64,000 nt of DNA, from assembly GCF_009914755.1 (NCBI RefSeq), contig NC_060925.1. One strand, 5' to 3'. Under the pieces are notes generated by a model. That model was not told where the DNA came from, made no database searches, and saw only the letters and a list, made by a program, of their open reading frames with translations. Both the position numbers and the translations under genes were made by a program. Shown here one piece after another: positions 45,286 to 59,851 of this stretch (within the stretch, counting starts at the first letter, position 1; each line of letters begins with the position of its first letter). This DNA comes from the human T2T-CHM13v2.0 reference genome, Homo sapiens.

Positions 45286-47955
45286 AAGAATATACATGAA
45301 AATTCTCAAACTATAAAACTCCAAGTGCTGCACATACACAAGGGATTATTATGATACAAAATAAATGGCTATGGATTGTGAAGTCATGAAGGTTAGATGA
45401 AGTAGCAATTAAATCAGCCAACTCGCTAACCTCAAAAAACTTGTCTGCAGGTATAGGTGGTGCCCAGCCTGCTATGCTATGTAAATATCTTTTAATGTAT
45501 TTATCTCTTGACTTGAGGGTCCATTTATAATAATCTCCTTTTCATCTCTGACCAAAAGCCGTATTAAAGATAAAATGAATGGGTGAAAGGCAAAAAAAAA
45601 AAACAGAAACCTATCTTTTTCCACAGTTAAAGAAGTTTGTATCTATGCCATAGTCAAAACAACAGATTTTTAACTCCATAATTATGCCCATCATCTCTTG
45701 ACTAGACTACTGTAATAGCTTAATAGTTCTCTCATGTTTTCTCTTGAACCCCTTGTGTATTCACAATACCAGGGAAAACCTTTTAAAATGTGTGTTAGAT
45801 ATGTCACTCCTCTGGCACCTGGAATGACTATTACTTTCCTATTTTTTGAACACATACCTCATGTTAAGTATATTCTTATAAATTAAATCCCCACAACCTC
45901 TGTCTAGCACAGTGCAGGCACATCAACTTAGGATCAATGAACATCTCTTGCTGAAGTCAATTAATTGCCAAATAAGACTTGCAAGTAAAATCAGAGAGAA
46001 GGGGAGATTTGTTATCTCTACCAAACTGATGGTACAGACAGTAAGCACTCCTGCTGTGGGCTGTGGTGCCTTTACTCTTCCTTTCAAGTGATGTACTCTG
46101 CTGCTTCCAGGTTCTTAGGTCTTTTGCAGGTGCCTTTCCAACAGGCCTGAGGTTCCCTAAAGGCAAGTACTACTTGTCTCCATTATCTTCCCCGATGCAT
46201 GTCGAAGATAAATAAGCACACAATACAAAGTAGGTGTAGATGCTGACTGAGACAATGGTAGCTGAAATGAGACAGGGCATAAATCTGGTAGAGAGGGAAA
46301 AAGGACCTTGGATTCCAGGAGGATCTGTGCTGCCAGCTAGTTACCTCATTCTTCCCTCCTCAGCACCCCTCCCCACCACATCTTCCTGAACATGCGGGTT
46401 CCTAGCCTGAGTTGGTAATCTTTCTGCCCTAGCCAATTTATTTTCTAATCTTGTAGCTTTCATATAAAGGGCTCTCCGTGAGATTGATGATGACAGTCTG
46501 GGCAGCCACACAGATGAGCGGGCTCCCCTGTTAATTACTACCAGGGAGGGAAGGCACTCTATTCAAGGGAGGATAGATCAAGGAGCTAAGTTATATCAGA
46601 AGGGGGCAATTTCAAAAGCTGGAAAGATCTGTCAAAAAAGTGTGTCCTATGGGAACCCAGGCAGAAGGAAGGAGAGGAGAAAAGGGAAACTAAGTCACTT
46701 GGAGGGAGATGGCTCCTTCTTCATGCCCAGGTTCTTCCTTACAAGTCTGTGATGAGGGTAGGTATAACAATAGATGGAAACTGCTTTGAAGAATAAAAAC
46801 ACTGTATAATGCTTGGTACTGCAAGGATTATTGTATTAAGTGGATTCTTATCCTTTGCCTGGTTTATGTCCTGGTTCTTGCAACAGCACCCTAACTACAT
46901 TCACCAAATATTTGATCATCAAGACAGAAAATAAAATGAAGCCAATTCTCAGTGAAGAGTCCCTGATGACGTAAGTATCATTCTGCAGTCAGCGGCAGAT
47001 ACCAGCAGAGTCAGAGGCAGAGACAGCATCAGTTTTGCATCTGCCTGTTCTCTCCTCAACTGAAGAAAAGAGAACTTCAAAGTTACCACTTTGGGAGATT
47101 CTTTTCTCTACCTTCTGTAGCTACCTTCCTGTCCTTTTGCCCATTCTGTGCTTCCTATTTTATTAAGCACTATTTCTCAGACCATCCTCCTAGAACACAC
47201 ACACAATTTCCCCTAATGGGAGTGCATTTTTTCAAAGTAACCAAGCTCATAGGGCGCCCAAGCAACACAATCTCCAGGGTAAATAATCAAAGAAGCAGAG
47301 GCAAGACCATGTGAGGAAAACAAAGCTCTGAGTCCCAGATCACCCAGATGATTATAATAGAGAAGGTAGGGCTAGAACTGTAGAAGAGATTTCATCAAAG
47401 TTCAGTACCCTCAACAAAGACTAGAAGGTAGAAGGCAATTTCCGAGATCCAGTGGGGCCAAGCCAGAGGCCTTCCTCAAGCAAGGGGAGGAAGTCCAGGA
47501 TTTAGGGTCAGAGCATAGGTTCAATGCTATGTGATTTCAAGTACCAACTCCCGTGAGCCTCAGCTTTCTCACTATTAAGGAGAATAATAACTGTAACAGC
47601 TATGTTTCAGAATCCCTGTTGTTAAAGCACTTTCCAAAATCAGTAAAGTGCTGAACAAATGCTAACTGTTATTATGGATCTATCCTGACCCACTGTCTAT
47701 CAGTGTCTATCAATCTTTATGCCTAGATGTGATAACATGTGAGAAAACAAACGGGTGGAGAACTTGGCCTTCCCTAAAGTGCAGCATGGACCAGAGTTGG
47801 GGGTCAGTCTGAAAAAGTGTGAGAATTTTTAATGCCGAGAGAACCAGTCAACATTTGATCACTAGCTGATTAAAGTTATTGGAAAAACCCTAATTGGAGA
47901 TTTTTAGTAAACTCTTTCAGGTAGCTGGTCAACATTACTTAAAGAGTACTGTCTA

Positions 47956-48252
47956 GGCTGGCTGCAGTGGCTCACACCTGTAATCCCAGCACTTTAGGAG
48001 GCCAAGGCAGGAGGATCGCTTGAGCCTAGGATCACTTGAGACCAGCCTGGGCAACTTGGCAAAACCCTGTCTCTACAAAACATACAAAAATTAGCCGAGT
48101 GCGGTGGCACATGCCTGTAGTCCCAGCTACTCAGGATGTGGGAGGATAACTTGAACCCAGGAAATCCAGGCTGCAGTGAGCCAAGATCAAGATCACGCCA
48201 CTGCACTCCAGTCTGGGTGACAGAGTGAGACCCTGTCTCACACACAAAAAAA
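47956..48252 (+). mobile_element. AluJ-like SINE
   Basis: Dimer with TSD AAAGAGT(A/G)CTGTCT. Confidence 0.88.
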
Positions 48253-48487
48253 AGAGTGCTGTCTGGTTGTGGGTACTGTGGGAGTATTGACAGATACAGA
48301 GGCACAAGAAAAGATAATTGGATGTCATATAAAAATCAAAAGGGACCTACATGGTGAGAGCTATAGGAGAAAGAAGAAACCCACATCAAGGAGAGTTAAT
48401 AAGGTAAGACCTCACTAGTAAGTTAGTTTTGAACTGGTATTTGAAGGAGAGGAGGGACAAAAATTAACAATAAAGGAGTTAAATAAT

Positions 48488-49036
48488 TGTGGCAAATGAA
48501 TTTTCCAAAAGTAACTGCAACAGTAGTTCCCATCCCTGATGCTCTTTCACAGCCTTGCCACTGCCCATCAGGAGGTAGAGTCTATGTCTTCTCCCCTGAT
48601 CCTGGGTTGGCCTTTGTGACTGCCTCAACTAACAGACCCCCAAGGCTAGCTCATCAAGACATCACCTCTGCAAATGTCTTGCGATGCTTGCTCTGAGAGC
48701 CTTCATCTTCCTTTTAAGAAGTCAGCTACTCTGAGGTCGCCATGTAGAAAGATAATCTAGAGATTCCAGAGAAAGGGTGGTGGGAAAGAGAAAGAGAGAT
48801 CCCTGAAGAGCTCTAGCTGTTTCAAGCCCCAGCTGTTTGAGCCCTTCCAACAAAGGTGCCAGAGTGAAGAAGTCTCTGGAAGCCCAGCCCTATCCCTATA
48901 TGACTACAGCTGCATGAGAGACCTCATGTGAAAACAACTGCTTGGCTCAGCCCAATCAACCGCCAGAATTCTGAGCAAAATAAATGATTAGAATTACGTT
49001 AAGCCCCTGTTTGGGAGCAATGGATAAACTGAACAA
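48488..49036 (+). mobile_element. Old MLT1 (G/H-like) MaLR LTR
   Basis: TGTGGCA start, CCATCAGGAGGTAGAGTCTAT...GGCCTTTGTGACTGC, and an AAATAAATGATT...GCAATGGATAAACTGAACA end. Confidence 0.7.
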
Positions 49037-49524
49037 TACTGATCTGTGCAAAGGCTCCAAGATCAGGACAAGCAAGTCACATCCAGGGGATGGGGAGCTG
49101 GCTTGTTAATTGGAGACTATAAGACATGAAGTAATGATATAATAATAATAGCTGACATTTATTGAATTCTTAACTACATCAGGTATTTTGCTAAGCACTT
49201 CACATGCATTATTTTTATTTAATCTTCAGAGGAACCTCATGAAAGAAATACTTTTTTTCTCATGTTCCAAAGGGAAAAACAGGCGTAGAAAGGTTAAGTA
49301 ACAGGAAACCTAGGTTGATTCAACATAAAAGTCATACCCCTAATTACCAGACTGGACTGCAACATGATGGCGAGTAGAGCCCTAAAAGAGTGACCAAATT
49401 ACCAAAGATCAAATAATACTATATTTGAATCGATCTCAGAGATCAAATCCAACTTTCCCACTTTACAATTGATAAAACTGAGGCCAAGAGAGGTTAAATG
49501 ACTTAGCTTAAAATTCTATTCATT

Positions 49525-51035
49525 CCTCAACAATAAAAGCACAAATAACCCCAATTTTTAAATGGGCAAAGGATTTGAGTAAACATTTCTCCAAAGAAAA
49601 TATGCAAATAATCAACATAAAAAGATGCTTGGCATCTTTAAGCATTAAGGAAATGCAAATCAAACCACCGTGAGATACCACTTCACACCCACAATCCTAG
49701 CTATAATCAAAAAGAAAGTGTTGGTAAAGATATGGAGAAACTGGCTGGGCGTGGTGGCTCATGCCTGTAATCCCAGCACTTTGGCAGGCTGCAGTGGGTG
49801 GAGTGCTTGAGTCCAGGAGTTCGAGACCAGCTGGGTAAAATGGTAAAACCCCATCTCTACCAAAAATACAAAAAACTAGCCAGGCGTGGTGGCATGCACC
49901 TGTAGTCCTGGCTACTCAGGAGGCTAAGGTGGGATGGTCACCTGAGCTGGGGAGGTCAAGGCAGCAGTAAGTCAAGATTGTGCCATTGCACTCCAGCCTA
50001 GGCAACTGAAGTGAGACCCTGTCTCAAAAAAAAAAAAAAAAAAAAGAAAGATATGAAAAAACTGGGCCCTCACAGATTGCTGGTGGAAATGTAAAATGGT
50101 GCAACCACTTTGGTGGTTTTTGTTGTTGTTGTTGTTGTTGTTGTTGTTTTTGAGACAGAGTCTTGCTCTGTTGCCCAGGCTAGAGTACAATGGCGCAATC
50201 TCAGCTCACTACAACCTCCAGCTCCTGAGTTCAAGCAATTCTCCTGCCTCTCAGCCTCCTGAGTAGCTGGGACTACAGGCACCTACCACCATGCCCAGCT
50301 AATTTTTGTATTTTTAGTAGAGATGGGGTTTCACCATGTTGGTTAGGCTGGTCTTGAACTCCTGACCTCAGGTGATGCACCTGCCTCGGCCTCCCAAAGC
50401 ACTGGGATTACAGGCGTGAGCCACTGTGCCCGGCTGTGCAACCACTTTGGAAGGCAGTTTGGCAGTTCCCCAGAGTTCCCATATGATCAGCAATTCCCCT
50501 CCTAGGTATACACCCAAGAGAAATGAACACATATGTCCACACAAAAACCTGCACACAAATGTTAATAGCAGTATTATCCACAATAGCCAAAAAGTGGAAA
50601 AAACCTAAATGTCCATGAACTGATAAATGGATAAACAAAAAGTAGTCTATCCATACAGTGGAATATTATTCAACCATAAAAAGAATGAAGTACTTATACA
50701 CACTAAAACATGGTTAAATCTTTAAAATATCATGCTAAGTGAAGGAAGCCAGACACAACAAACCACATATTGTGTTATTACATCTACATGAAATGTCCAG
50801 AATAGGCAAAACCATAGAGAAAAAAGTAGATTAGTGGTTTTCAGGGGTTAGGGGAAGGGGGCAATGGGGAGTGACTGCTAATGGGCCAAGGTTTCTTTGG
50901 GGGTGATTAAAATGTCCTAAAATTAGACAGTGATGATGGTTGCACAACTCTGTGAATATACTAAAAATCACTGAACTGTACACTCTAAAGCAGTAGATTT
51001 TATGGTATTGTATATCTCAATAAAGCTGTTAACTA
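49525..51035 (+). mobile_element. L1MB-like 3' end with two opposite Alus inserted (49743-50045 +, 50117-50434 -)
   Basis: L1 3' motifs ending TATATCTCAATAAAGCTGTT. TSD GTGCAACCACTTTGG around the second Alu, whose tail has become (TTG)n. Confidence 0.9.
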
Positions 51036-53244
51036 AAAAAATTGTACCTGTTTTTCAATAAAACTTTACCGAGCATCCATTTACTACACAGTCCCAGGCA
51101 CCATAGTGTACACAAAGATAGGGCCCCTGAGTAGCTTAAAAGATGCTGCACTGCTAAGTGGCAGAGTGCTGAGCCACTTTTGAGGAGATTGCATCTTTCC
51201 CAGCCTCACTGAAACATTACCAGCCCCAGCGTGCCACTCTCCCCACCATTAACCAATGAGGAGGCAAAGAAGAGGGACTTATCCTCTTCTTAGACAGTGA
51301 ATGCAAACCTCAGGTCCTAAAGGGGCCATGGACAAGGAAATTGTATTGGGAAGAGACAGAAAAACTTGGGGGACTTGACTCCTGATTTACCTATCTCTTT
51401 CCTAGTCAGGCAAATTTCACTGTCTTTCACTACTGTCAGGCAAATCTGATGTCTGGCTCCCTTAAGAATTACACATTTTTACCACCAAGCCTTGACAGGG
51501 GTATAGGAAAAGAGGAACAGCACTAGGTTAGGGCTCAGTAGGCACAGAATAAAAAAAAAAATCCCAACTCCATTACTTCTTAGTTTCTGGACCTTAAGCA
51601 AGTTACTAAAGCCTCCCTGAGCATGCTTCCCTATCTATAAAATGGGAATGAAAATCCTTGCCCTGGACCACCTCAATGAGATAATGGACAAGACACTTTG
51701 CCAAATACATCTTGTAGTGCAGAAATACCAAGAAGCCTCATCATCACTGCACTCTTATCTGGGTCCTCAAGCTTCCATTCTTCTCTTGCCATGAATTATG
51801 CCCCCGCCCCCGCCCTGGCCCACTTTAAAAACTGACTTCTCTTCTTGACTCTAATCCCTCCTTTAATCCTGTCACATCTTTCCTCCTGCCTCTCCCACAG
51901 CAGTTATGAACCCAGGTCTTATAAAATTCATTTATATGATGGATCACAATAATAATAATTTTAAACACTTGCTTGTTGTCTCTCTTGCTCCAGCAGAGTG
52001 AAAGTTCCAGTGTATCCCCAGTGCCCGGAATGCTGCCTAACATTTAATATGTATTCAGTAAATGTGCTGAATGAATTTTAAAATTCCCATAGGCCACACC
52101 AACAAATGGGAAGGAGGATCTTAACAAGGGAGTGGTCTCTCCCCCCGTATCTTGCCCAGTTCTTTCTCAACCTGCCAGGCCTCAAGTTCAGGATTAGTAA
52201 AAGGATGTGTCTCCAGGCATGAGTTCCAGCAGAAGTGTAGCTATTAGCCCTGAACTAGGCTGAGCTAAGAGAACTAGGATTTCTTCTGGGTTTCCCATTA
52301 CTTAATTAAATGATCCTAAGGCCTGAAGTGTTATTTAGGAAACCCTATGGCACAAGAATTGCCAGGCCATGTCATGTACCTACCACTATCCTCGGACCCA
52401 CATCTGCATCTCAGACTCAGAGCCATTGGTCTGGAGAACCTGGAGATGATGAGAAACGGCCCACTAATGCACAGGGCAAAAAGAAAAGCAGGAGAGGAGG
52501 AAGAGGCTCGAAGGTCAGGGGGCTCTCAGAAACCACAGTAGTGTGGTCCCTGAACCCAATTTCAAGGGGAGTGGCAAAGGCCCTAGAACAGAACCCCAGA
52601 ACTGCATGGGATCCCTACTCCCACCCCTTGAGCAGAGAAGCCATAGTGGTGGTGTGGACTCCTGCAAGCGTAGAACAACCGATCACTCTGTGGAAGCATG
52701 TTCTGGAGCCCTAAGCTCTTTGAGTGCAGTAACCACGTGTTAAGAGCTCTAACAACATTCTAAGAGGCAACAATGACATTCCAAGGATCCTTACCACTGG
52801 AAAATTCAGAACCTGGGATCAGTTTGAGAAACCATTTTAGGAAATTTATTCTCTCACTTAATCCAAAACTGAATTATTGAAATTATATATATTTGATTTT
52901 GACATTTACTATAAGCTTTGACATTTCTCTTATGTATGACTCTTCTGGGCTTTAATTTTGAAATTACAAAAAATCCTGTAAGCCCACCATCCTTAAAGAT
53001 CTCTAGTAGACAGGATTTATTTGCACCTATGTCAGAGGTAGACAGAAATGGGGTAAGCAAGGTTTCCCAGATGGGGAGCTTACGTTAAGCTTACAAAGTG
53101 ACCAGTCTGCTCCAAGGTATTCACCAGCCACCGAAGCAATTCCCAGCAGAGTAGAGCCACTGACAAGTTTTGAAATAGACAGTGAACAAAAGTTCTGTTC
53201 TGAGAACATAAAAAGAGTTCGTTAAGAGCACAGATGTCATAAGG

Positions 53245-53430
53245 CAGTGGCTCTGGAAGCACAGAATGCCAGTATTGGCATCATCTGGGAAGTTGTAACA
53301 ATGCAGATCCTCAGGCCCCAAACTCAGCTCAAACACACTGAGTCAGAACGTTTTGGGTGGGGCCCACAGACCTGTATTTTAACAAGCTCTCCAGCTGATT
53401 CTAAAGGATTCTAAAGATTGAGAACCTCTG
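53245..53430. mobile_element. MER5A-like hAT MITE (related relics near 3075-3260 and 14770-14905)
   Basis: GCATCATCTGGGA...ATGCAGATCCTCAGGCCCCA...GGGTGGGGCCCA...CTGTATTTTAACAAGCTCTCCAG...TTGAGAACC. Confidence 0.78.
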
Positions 53431-53479
53431 ACCTAGGGCAATACATCCCTACCTTGAAAAAATTAAAGTCCTACCTGAC

Positions 53480-54900
53480 AGGACCAGGAGCGACATTTTT
53501 TTTTTCCTTTCTGATGAAACTTCATGAAAGAATTGACTAGACTATGTCCATCACCATTTCTTCACCTCCTATTCTCACTTGGACCCACTAGAAACTGGCT
53601 CCTTCCCTTGCTACTGCCCAGAAACCACGCACGGAGGCCATGAACATCCTCCCAGTTACTAAGTCCAGGCATTTCTCTGTCCTTTTCGTCCATGACCTCT
53701 TAGGAGAACTTGACATTGTTAATCACTCCCTCTCTTTACTTTGGAGGTTCCTCACTGCCCTGGTTGCTTCTGTCACTCCCTGCCAGTCTCTTCTGCACCT
53801 CCCTTTTAAATGTATGCCTCTCATCTTCCTTCACCTCCCTTTTAAATGTATGCCTCTCAGGGTTCTGTGCACAGCCCTTTGCTCTCTCTACACCCTGCCC
53901 CTGGACAGTCTTATGCTTCTGCTGCTCCGTCTAGGTGTTGATGACCTGCTAATGTGATTCTCTATCCCCTCCTGACCTCCAGCCCAAGCTCCAGTTGTCT
54001 GCTGAACATCTTTCCTTGGATCTCCCACAGGCACTTCAAACACAACATGTCCAAAGGGATGCTGACTCCTCTCCTCCTCTCTCCCTCAACCATCTTATGT
54101 TCTTCCTCCAGAGTTCCTTTTTTTTTATTGAATAGTACTATGCAGTAGCCCAAGAGAAGGGTAAGGGTATCATCCTTGCCCCACACTCTCCTTCATGCCT
54201 CCGCATACCCCCATATAATCAACTTCGTAACCTCTGATCTCTCATTTTTCTCCCTCTCTGAAGTCACTTCCGTAGCAGAGACCACATTCATCTCTTGTCA
54301 AGGTTACTACAAAGGTCTCCTAACCCATCTTCCCTCTCTCCACCCTTTCACTTGTTTAATCCCATGTCTGCACTGTAGCCATGGTGATCTTGCTTTTGTG
54401 AAAGCATATCTGATCATGTCACCCTCTATTTAAAATCTCACAATGATCTTCCACTGCCCTCAGGATCAAGTCCAAAACCTCTAAGAGCATTACACGGTCC
54501 TCAGGCCTTGGCTCCTACTCATTTTCCTTTTCTCCAGTTTCATTTAATTAATGGTTCTATGGTCTCACTACAGATCACAGCCACTTGCAATTCTCACAAC
54601 ACCATGCTCTTTCTTGCTTGAGGCTTCTGTACCTGCTGTTCCCTCTGCCTAGACTTTCCCTTACTCCAGCCTAGCTTTTATTTTTTGGCCTCAATGTAAA
54701 GGTCCTTTCCTCCACCAGGAAACCTTCTTTAGGTGTCTCTCCCAGTGCTTCAACTGTTATCACAGGAGTAAGTTTGGGTGCTATCATACTTACTTCTGTC
54801 TCCCTCCACAAAACCATAAGCTCCTTAAGGGCAAGGTATGCAGCATATTCTGGTTGAATCCTTGATGCCTAGCACTACGATAAGTGAAGATTTGTTAAAC
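53480..54900 (+). mobile_element. L2 fragment
   Basis: CCCACAGGCACTTCAAACACAACATGTCCAAA, CTGATCATGTCACCCT and CATAAGCTCCTTAAGGGCAAGG. Confidence 0.72.
53796..53859. repeat. Local tandem duplication, period 36 bp
   Basis: CACCTCCCTTTTAAATGTATGCCTCTCA is identical at 53796-53823 and 53832-53859. Confidence 0.92.
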
Positions 54901-56062
54901 AGACCAAGCTTCTTATTTGAGGGATGGCATGAATGCTTCCCAAACCTGAAACCCTGTTCCTGTGAAGACACTGAAATCCTAGTGGTATTTTTCCCCTCTC
55001 CCTGGGGCTCTGAAGGGAAGAGGGTCTGTGGTTCTAGCTGCACACAAGGTCCCATTCACATAGCTATTTACTACACTCTCTCCAGCCACCTCCCCCCAGA
55101 ACAACAGTGGCCTTTCTCTGCAGCAGCAGTCTCTTGGGGGGAAGTTTCTGAAGGCCCTGCTCTGGGAAATGAATGGGGCCAGCCTGGGGCAGGCGGGACA
55201 ATGGCAGGGTAGGCCTTGTGCCCATCAGACTCCTGCAGGGAAAGGCAGCCCGGAAATCAAGCCGCCATGGGGAAATCCCCAGAACTCTGAGAGGCTGAAG
55301 GCAGGCAACCCCAACAAGGCTGCTCTGTCCCTGCAAGAAATACCAAGTACCAAAGACCTAGCACCCAATGAGAACGAGAGGAATTTTGGTCTTAGTTCCT
55401 GGCAGGAGTGTTTAGAGCTTGCTTTCTTAAAATCCCTTGGTTAGGCATGGAATGAATCAGCAGTGTCAAGAATGAGCTGTGTTCGAGTCAGGAAAGAGCA
55501 CATAGGGAGTATACCGTGTCTAAAGAGAACTAAGCTGGGCCAAAGAAGACAACCCAGAACAATGAGGAGACACTGCTCTTGAACCCTTAGGAACAGGATA
55601 AAACACAAGAACCATATAAAAGAACCAACATAACAGTCTACCACGTGCTAGATATTCTGCTAGAACTTTTACACAAATTATTTTATACAAGCAAATAAGA
55701 TAAAGTTGAATTGCTGTATGTATGTGCAAAAGGAATGCTGAATAATATAAAGGTGTAGGGTTTGGTGATATTAACCAGCAAAGACTTCCTTGAAGGAAAT
55801 AAGAGTAATGGAGTTGGGAGAAGACAGAGAACACTGATATAAAGGTGTGCAAAGAGGGATGTGGGCCCAGGAATGAGGCTGGTCTACCCGAAGCAGGGCG
55901 ACAGGGTACAGTAATGAGACCTACGATTATTGAGATGTGGGCTAAACTGAAGAAAGAAGTCATGAATCCCAAGCTGGGGAGCTTGGGCTAGGAAGGAAAG
56001 ACATTGTGGGTTTCTAGCAAAGGATCTGCTTTGGGATGAGCGCTTAGGCCCCTCATTTTTAA

Positions 56063-56512
<450 letters not shown>

Positions 56513-56620
56513 TAGTCACTCAGCTGGGGCTCACTTAAAGTCCTATATTCTCTACATTAGTCAACTAGAATGATTTCCACATAGATGGCCCTCCAGCCCC
56601 AGAGTTTGGGTGGCTATGTG

Positions 56621-57027
56621 GGAATATATATATATACAGGAATATATATACAGGAATATATATATAGGAATATATATATGTATATATTTAGGAATATATA
56701 TAGGAATATATATAGGAATACATATAGGAATATATATATATGAATCTATATATAGGAATATATATATATGAATCTATATATAGGAATATATATATATGAA
56801 TCTATATATAGGAATATATATATGAATCTATATATAGGAATATATATATGAATCTATATAGGAATATATATATGAATCTATATGAATATATATATGAAAA
56901 TACATATATGAATATATATGAATATATATATGAAAATATATATATGAATATATGAATACATATATGAATATATATATGAATACATATATGAATACATATA
57001 TGAATATATATATATATATATATATAT
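56621..57027. repeat. TA-rich compound tandem repeat / VNTR (about 400 bp)
   Basis: Units GGAATATATATA, TGAATCTATATATA and TGAATA(C/T)ATATA, ending in (TA)n. Confidence 0.95.
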
Positions 57028-57062
57028 GGCTGATTAATCAGGATCCATCAAATACATGCTAA

Positions 57063-57455
<393 letters not shown>

Positions 57456-57650
57456 TGAAGAGCTCTAAAACTATTTGGTAGAAATGGCCTAACCTAAGGG
57501 TCTAAGGAAGGTTAAGTATCCACTGTATTCAGTAAATTGCTAGGTATCAATGGCAGACAAAATGACTTCTACTGAAGATCCTAGTCTATCAATAGCACTA
57601 CCCTTCTCCTAGTCCACCAGTCTCATAAATTTGGGAATAAAATTTGATTC

Positions 57651-58065
<415 letters not shown>

Positions 58066-58550
58066 TTATCTTTTCCTAAGATTGCTACAAAAACTCCTAG
58101 GCTTCCTAACCCCAAGCTCTCTTCTGCTCTATATATTAATATCAGAATTCTCTCTTTAAACACTATGTTTATCACCATATAATACATAAACCTTCCCCGG
58201 CTCCCTTTCTACTACCACATAAAGTCTGAATCCCTTCATTCTCCCTACCCTACCCATCTTATCAATCTAATTTCTCTCTGCTCTACAATAATCTTAACAC
58301 TTGGAGACCACACCATGTTGGTGCCACCCCAGACAGAACCTTGCTCGTGTTGCTCCTCTAGTCTGAAATGGCCTCTTCTCTTTCTTCGACCTGAATAATT
58401 CCTAACTACTCTGCCTTTGACTATTCTTATTAGCACCAACCTTGCACTCTTCTCTAAATGTACCTTTTGGTGTACATAACGATTCAGCAATTATGTACCA
58501 TCTTTTTATTTTGTGTTGCTTTGTTAATAACATTTCCCAACAAGCATTTA

Positions 58551-58865
<315 letters not shown>

Positions 58866-59560
58866 GAATGTAAGCTCTATGTTCTCCTGTACTATCTCTC
58901 AGAACACTGAGAACTGCACTGAGCCATCTGATAAATATTTCAAGTCCAACCAACCGTCAAGCGCCACAGATCACAGGTCATCACCAGGAGGGCTGCTAGA
59001 TTGGTTCCCTACATGATTTGAGGCCAGGCTGTGACTGATGACTACAGATCCCATCACACCACTTTGTAGTGGCTGCTCCCAAATACTGGAGAGAAAGGAG
59101 CAGGGTCTGGAAAGCAAGACTCTGAAATTACTTCACTCTAACTTTTCAAAGCCCCTTTCTCACATATTCATGTCTTAGTTTGCTATTCTTTAAAATGAGG
59201 AGGAAAATCTTAAGGAAGTCAACAATGGTAATAGAGGGATACTAGTGACTTTAAGGCCTATGCTGAAATCACAATAGAAAGACAATAAAATGGTTTTAAA
59301 TTGTGGCAGAGGAAGTTTCGTATCCAAAGGGATTTCTAATTGTTGAACTAATGGAACCATCCTCCAGAGATCACTGAAAATGGGAGAGGCCTTCAACCTG
59401 TCTTTACTAGGTTAAGAGACACCCTATTTGGAGTCCAGAGTAAAGGGCAAGAGGATCCCTTGAAGTCCTGCCAGATTTTTGTGATTTTTTCCTGAAATCT
59501 GTCCAATTGTTTTAGTACAATAAATTGGGGTATTCTTCCAGACCTTAAGAACACCTTCCA

Positions 59561-59851
59561 GGCCTGGCGTGGTGGCTTGCACCCATAATCCTGGGACTTT
59601 GGGAGGCCGAGGTGGGCAGATTGCTTGAGTTCAGGAGTTTGAGACCACTCTGGGCAACATGGTGAACCTCATATCTACAAAAATTAGCCAGGTGTGGTGG
59701 CACATGCCTGTAATGCCAGCTACTCAGGAGGCTGAAGTGGGAGGACCACCTGAGCCTGGGGAGGTCAAGGCTGCAGTGAGCCATGATCATGCCACTGCAC
59801 TCCAGCCTGGGCGACAGAGTGAGACCCTGTCCCAAAAAACAAAAAACAAAA
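59561..59851 (+). mobile_element. AluJ-like SINE
   Basis: Dimer with TSD ending CACCTTCCA. Confidence 0.88.

Noticed and set aside
56621-57027. Repeat array as a CRISPR-like locus
   Set aside because: No unique spacers, human context; it is a simple TA-rich tandem repeat.
59422-59431. CArG-like box CCCTATTTGG (SRF feedback idea)
   Set aside because: One mismatch to CC(A/T)6GG and isolated; expected by chance.
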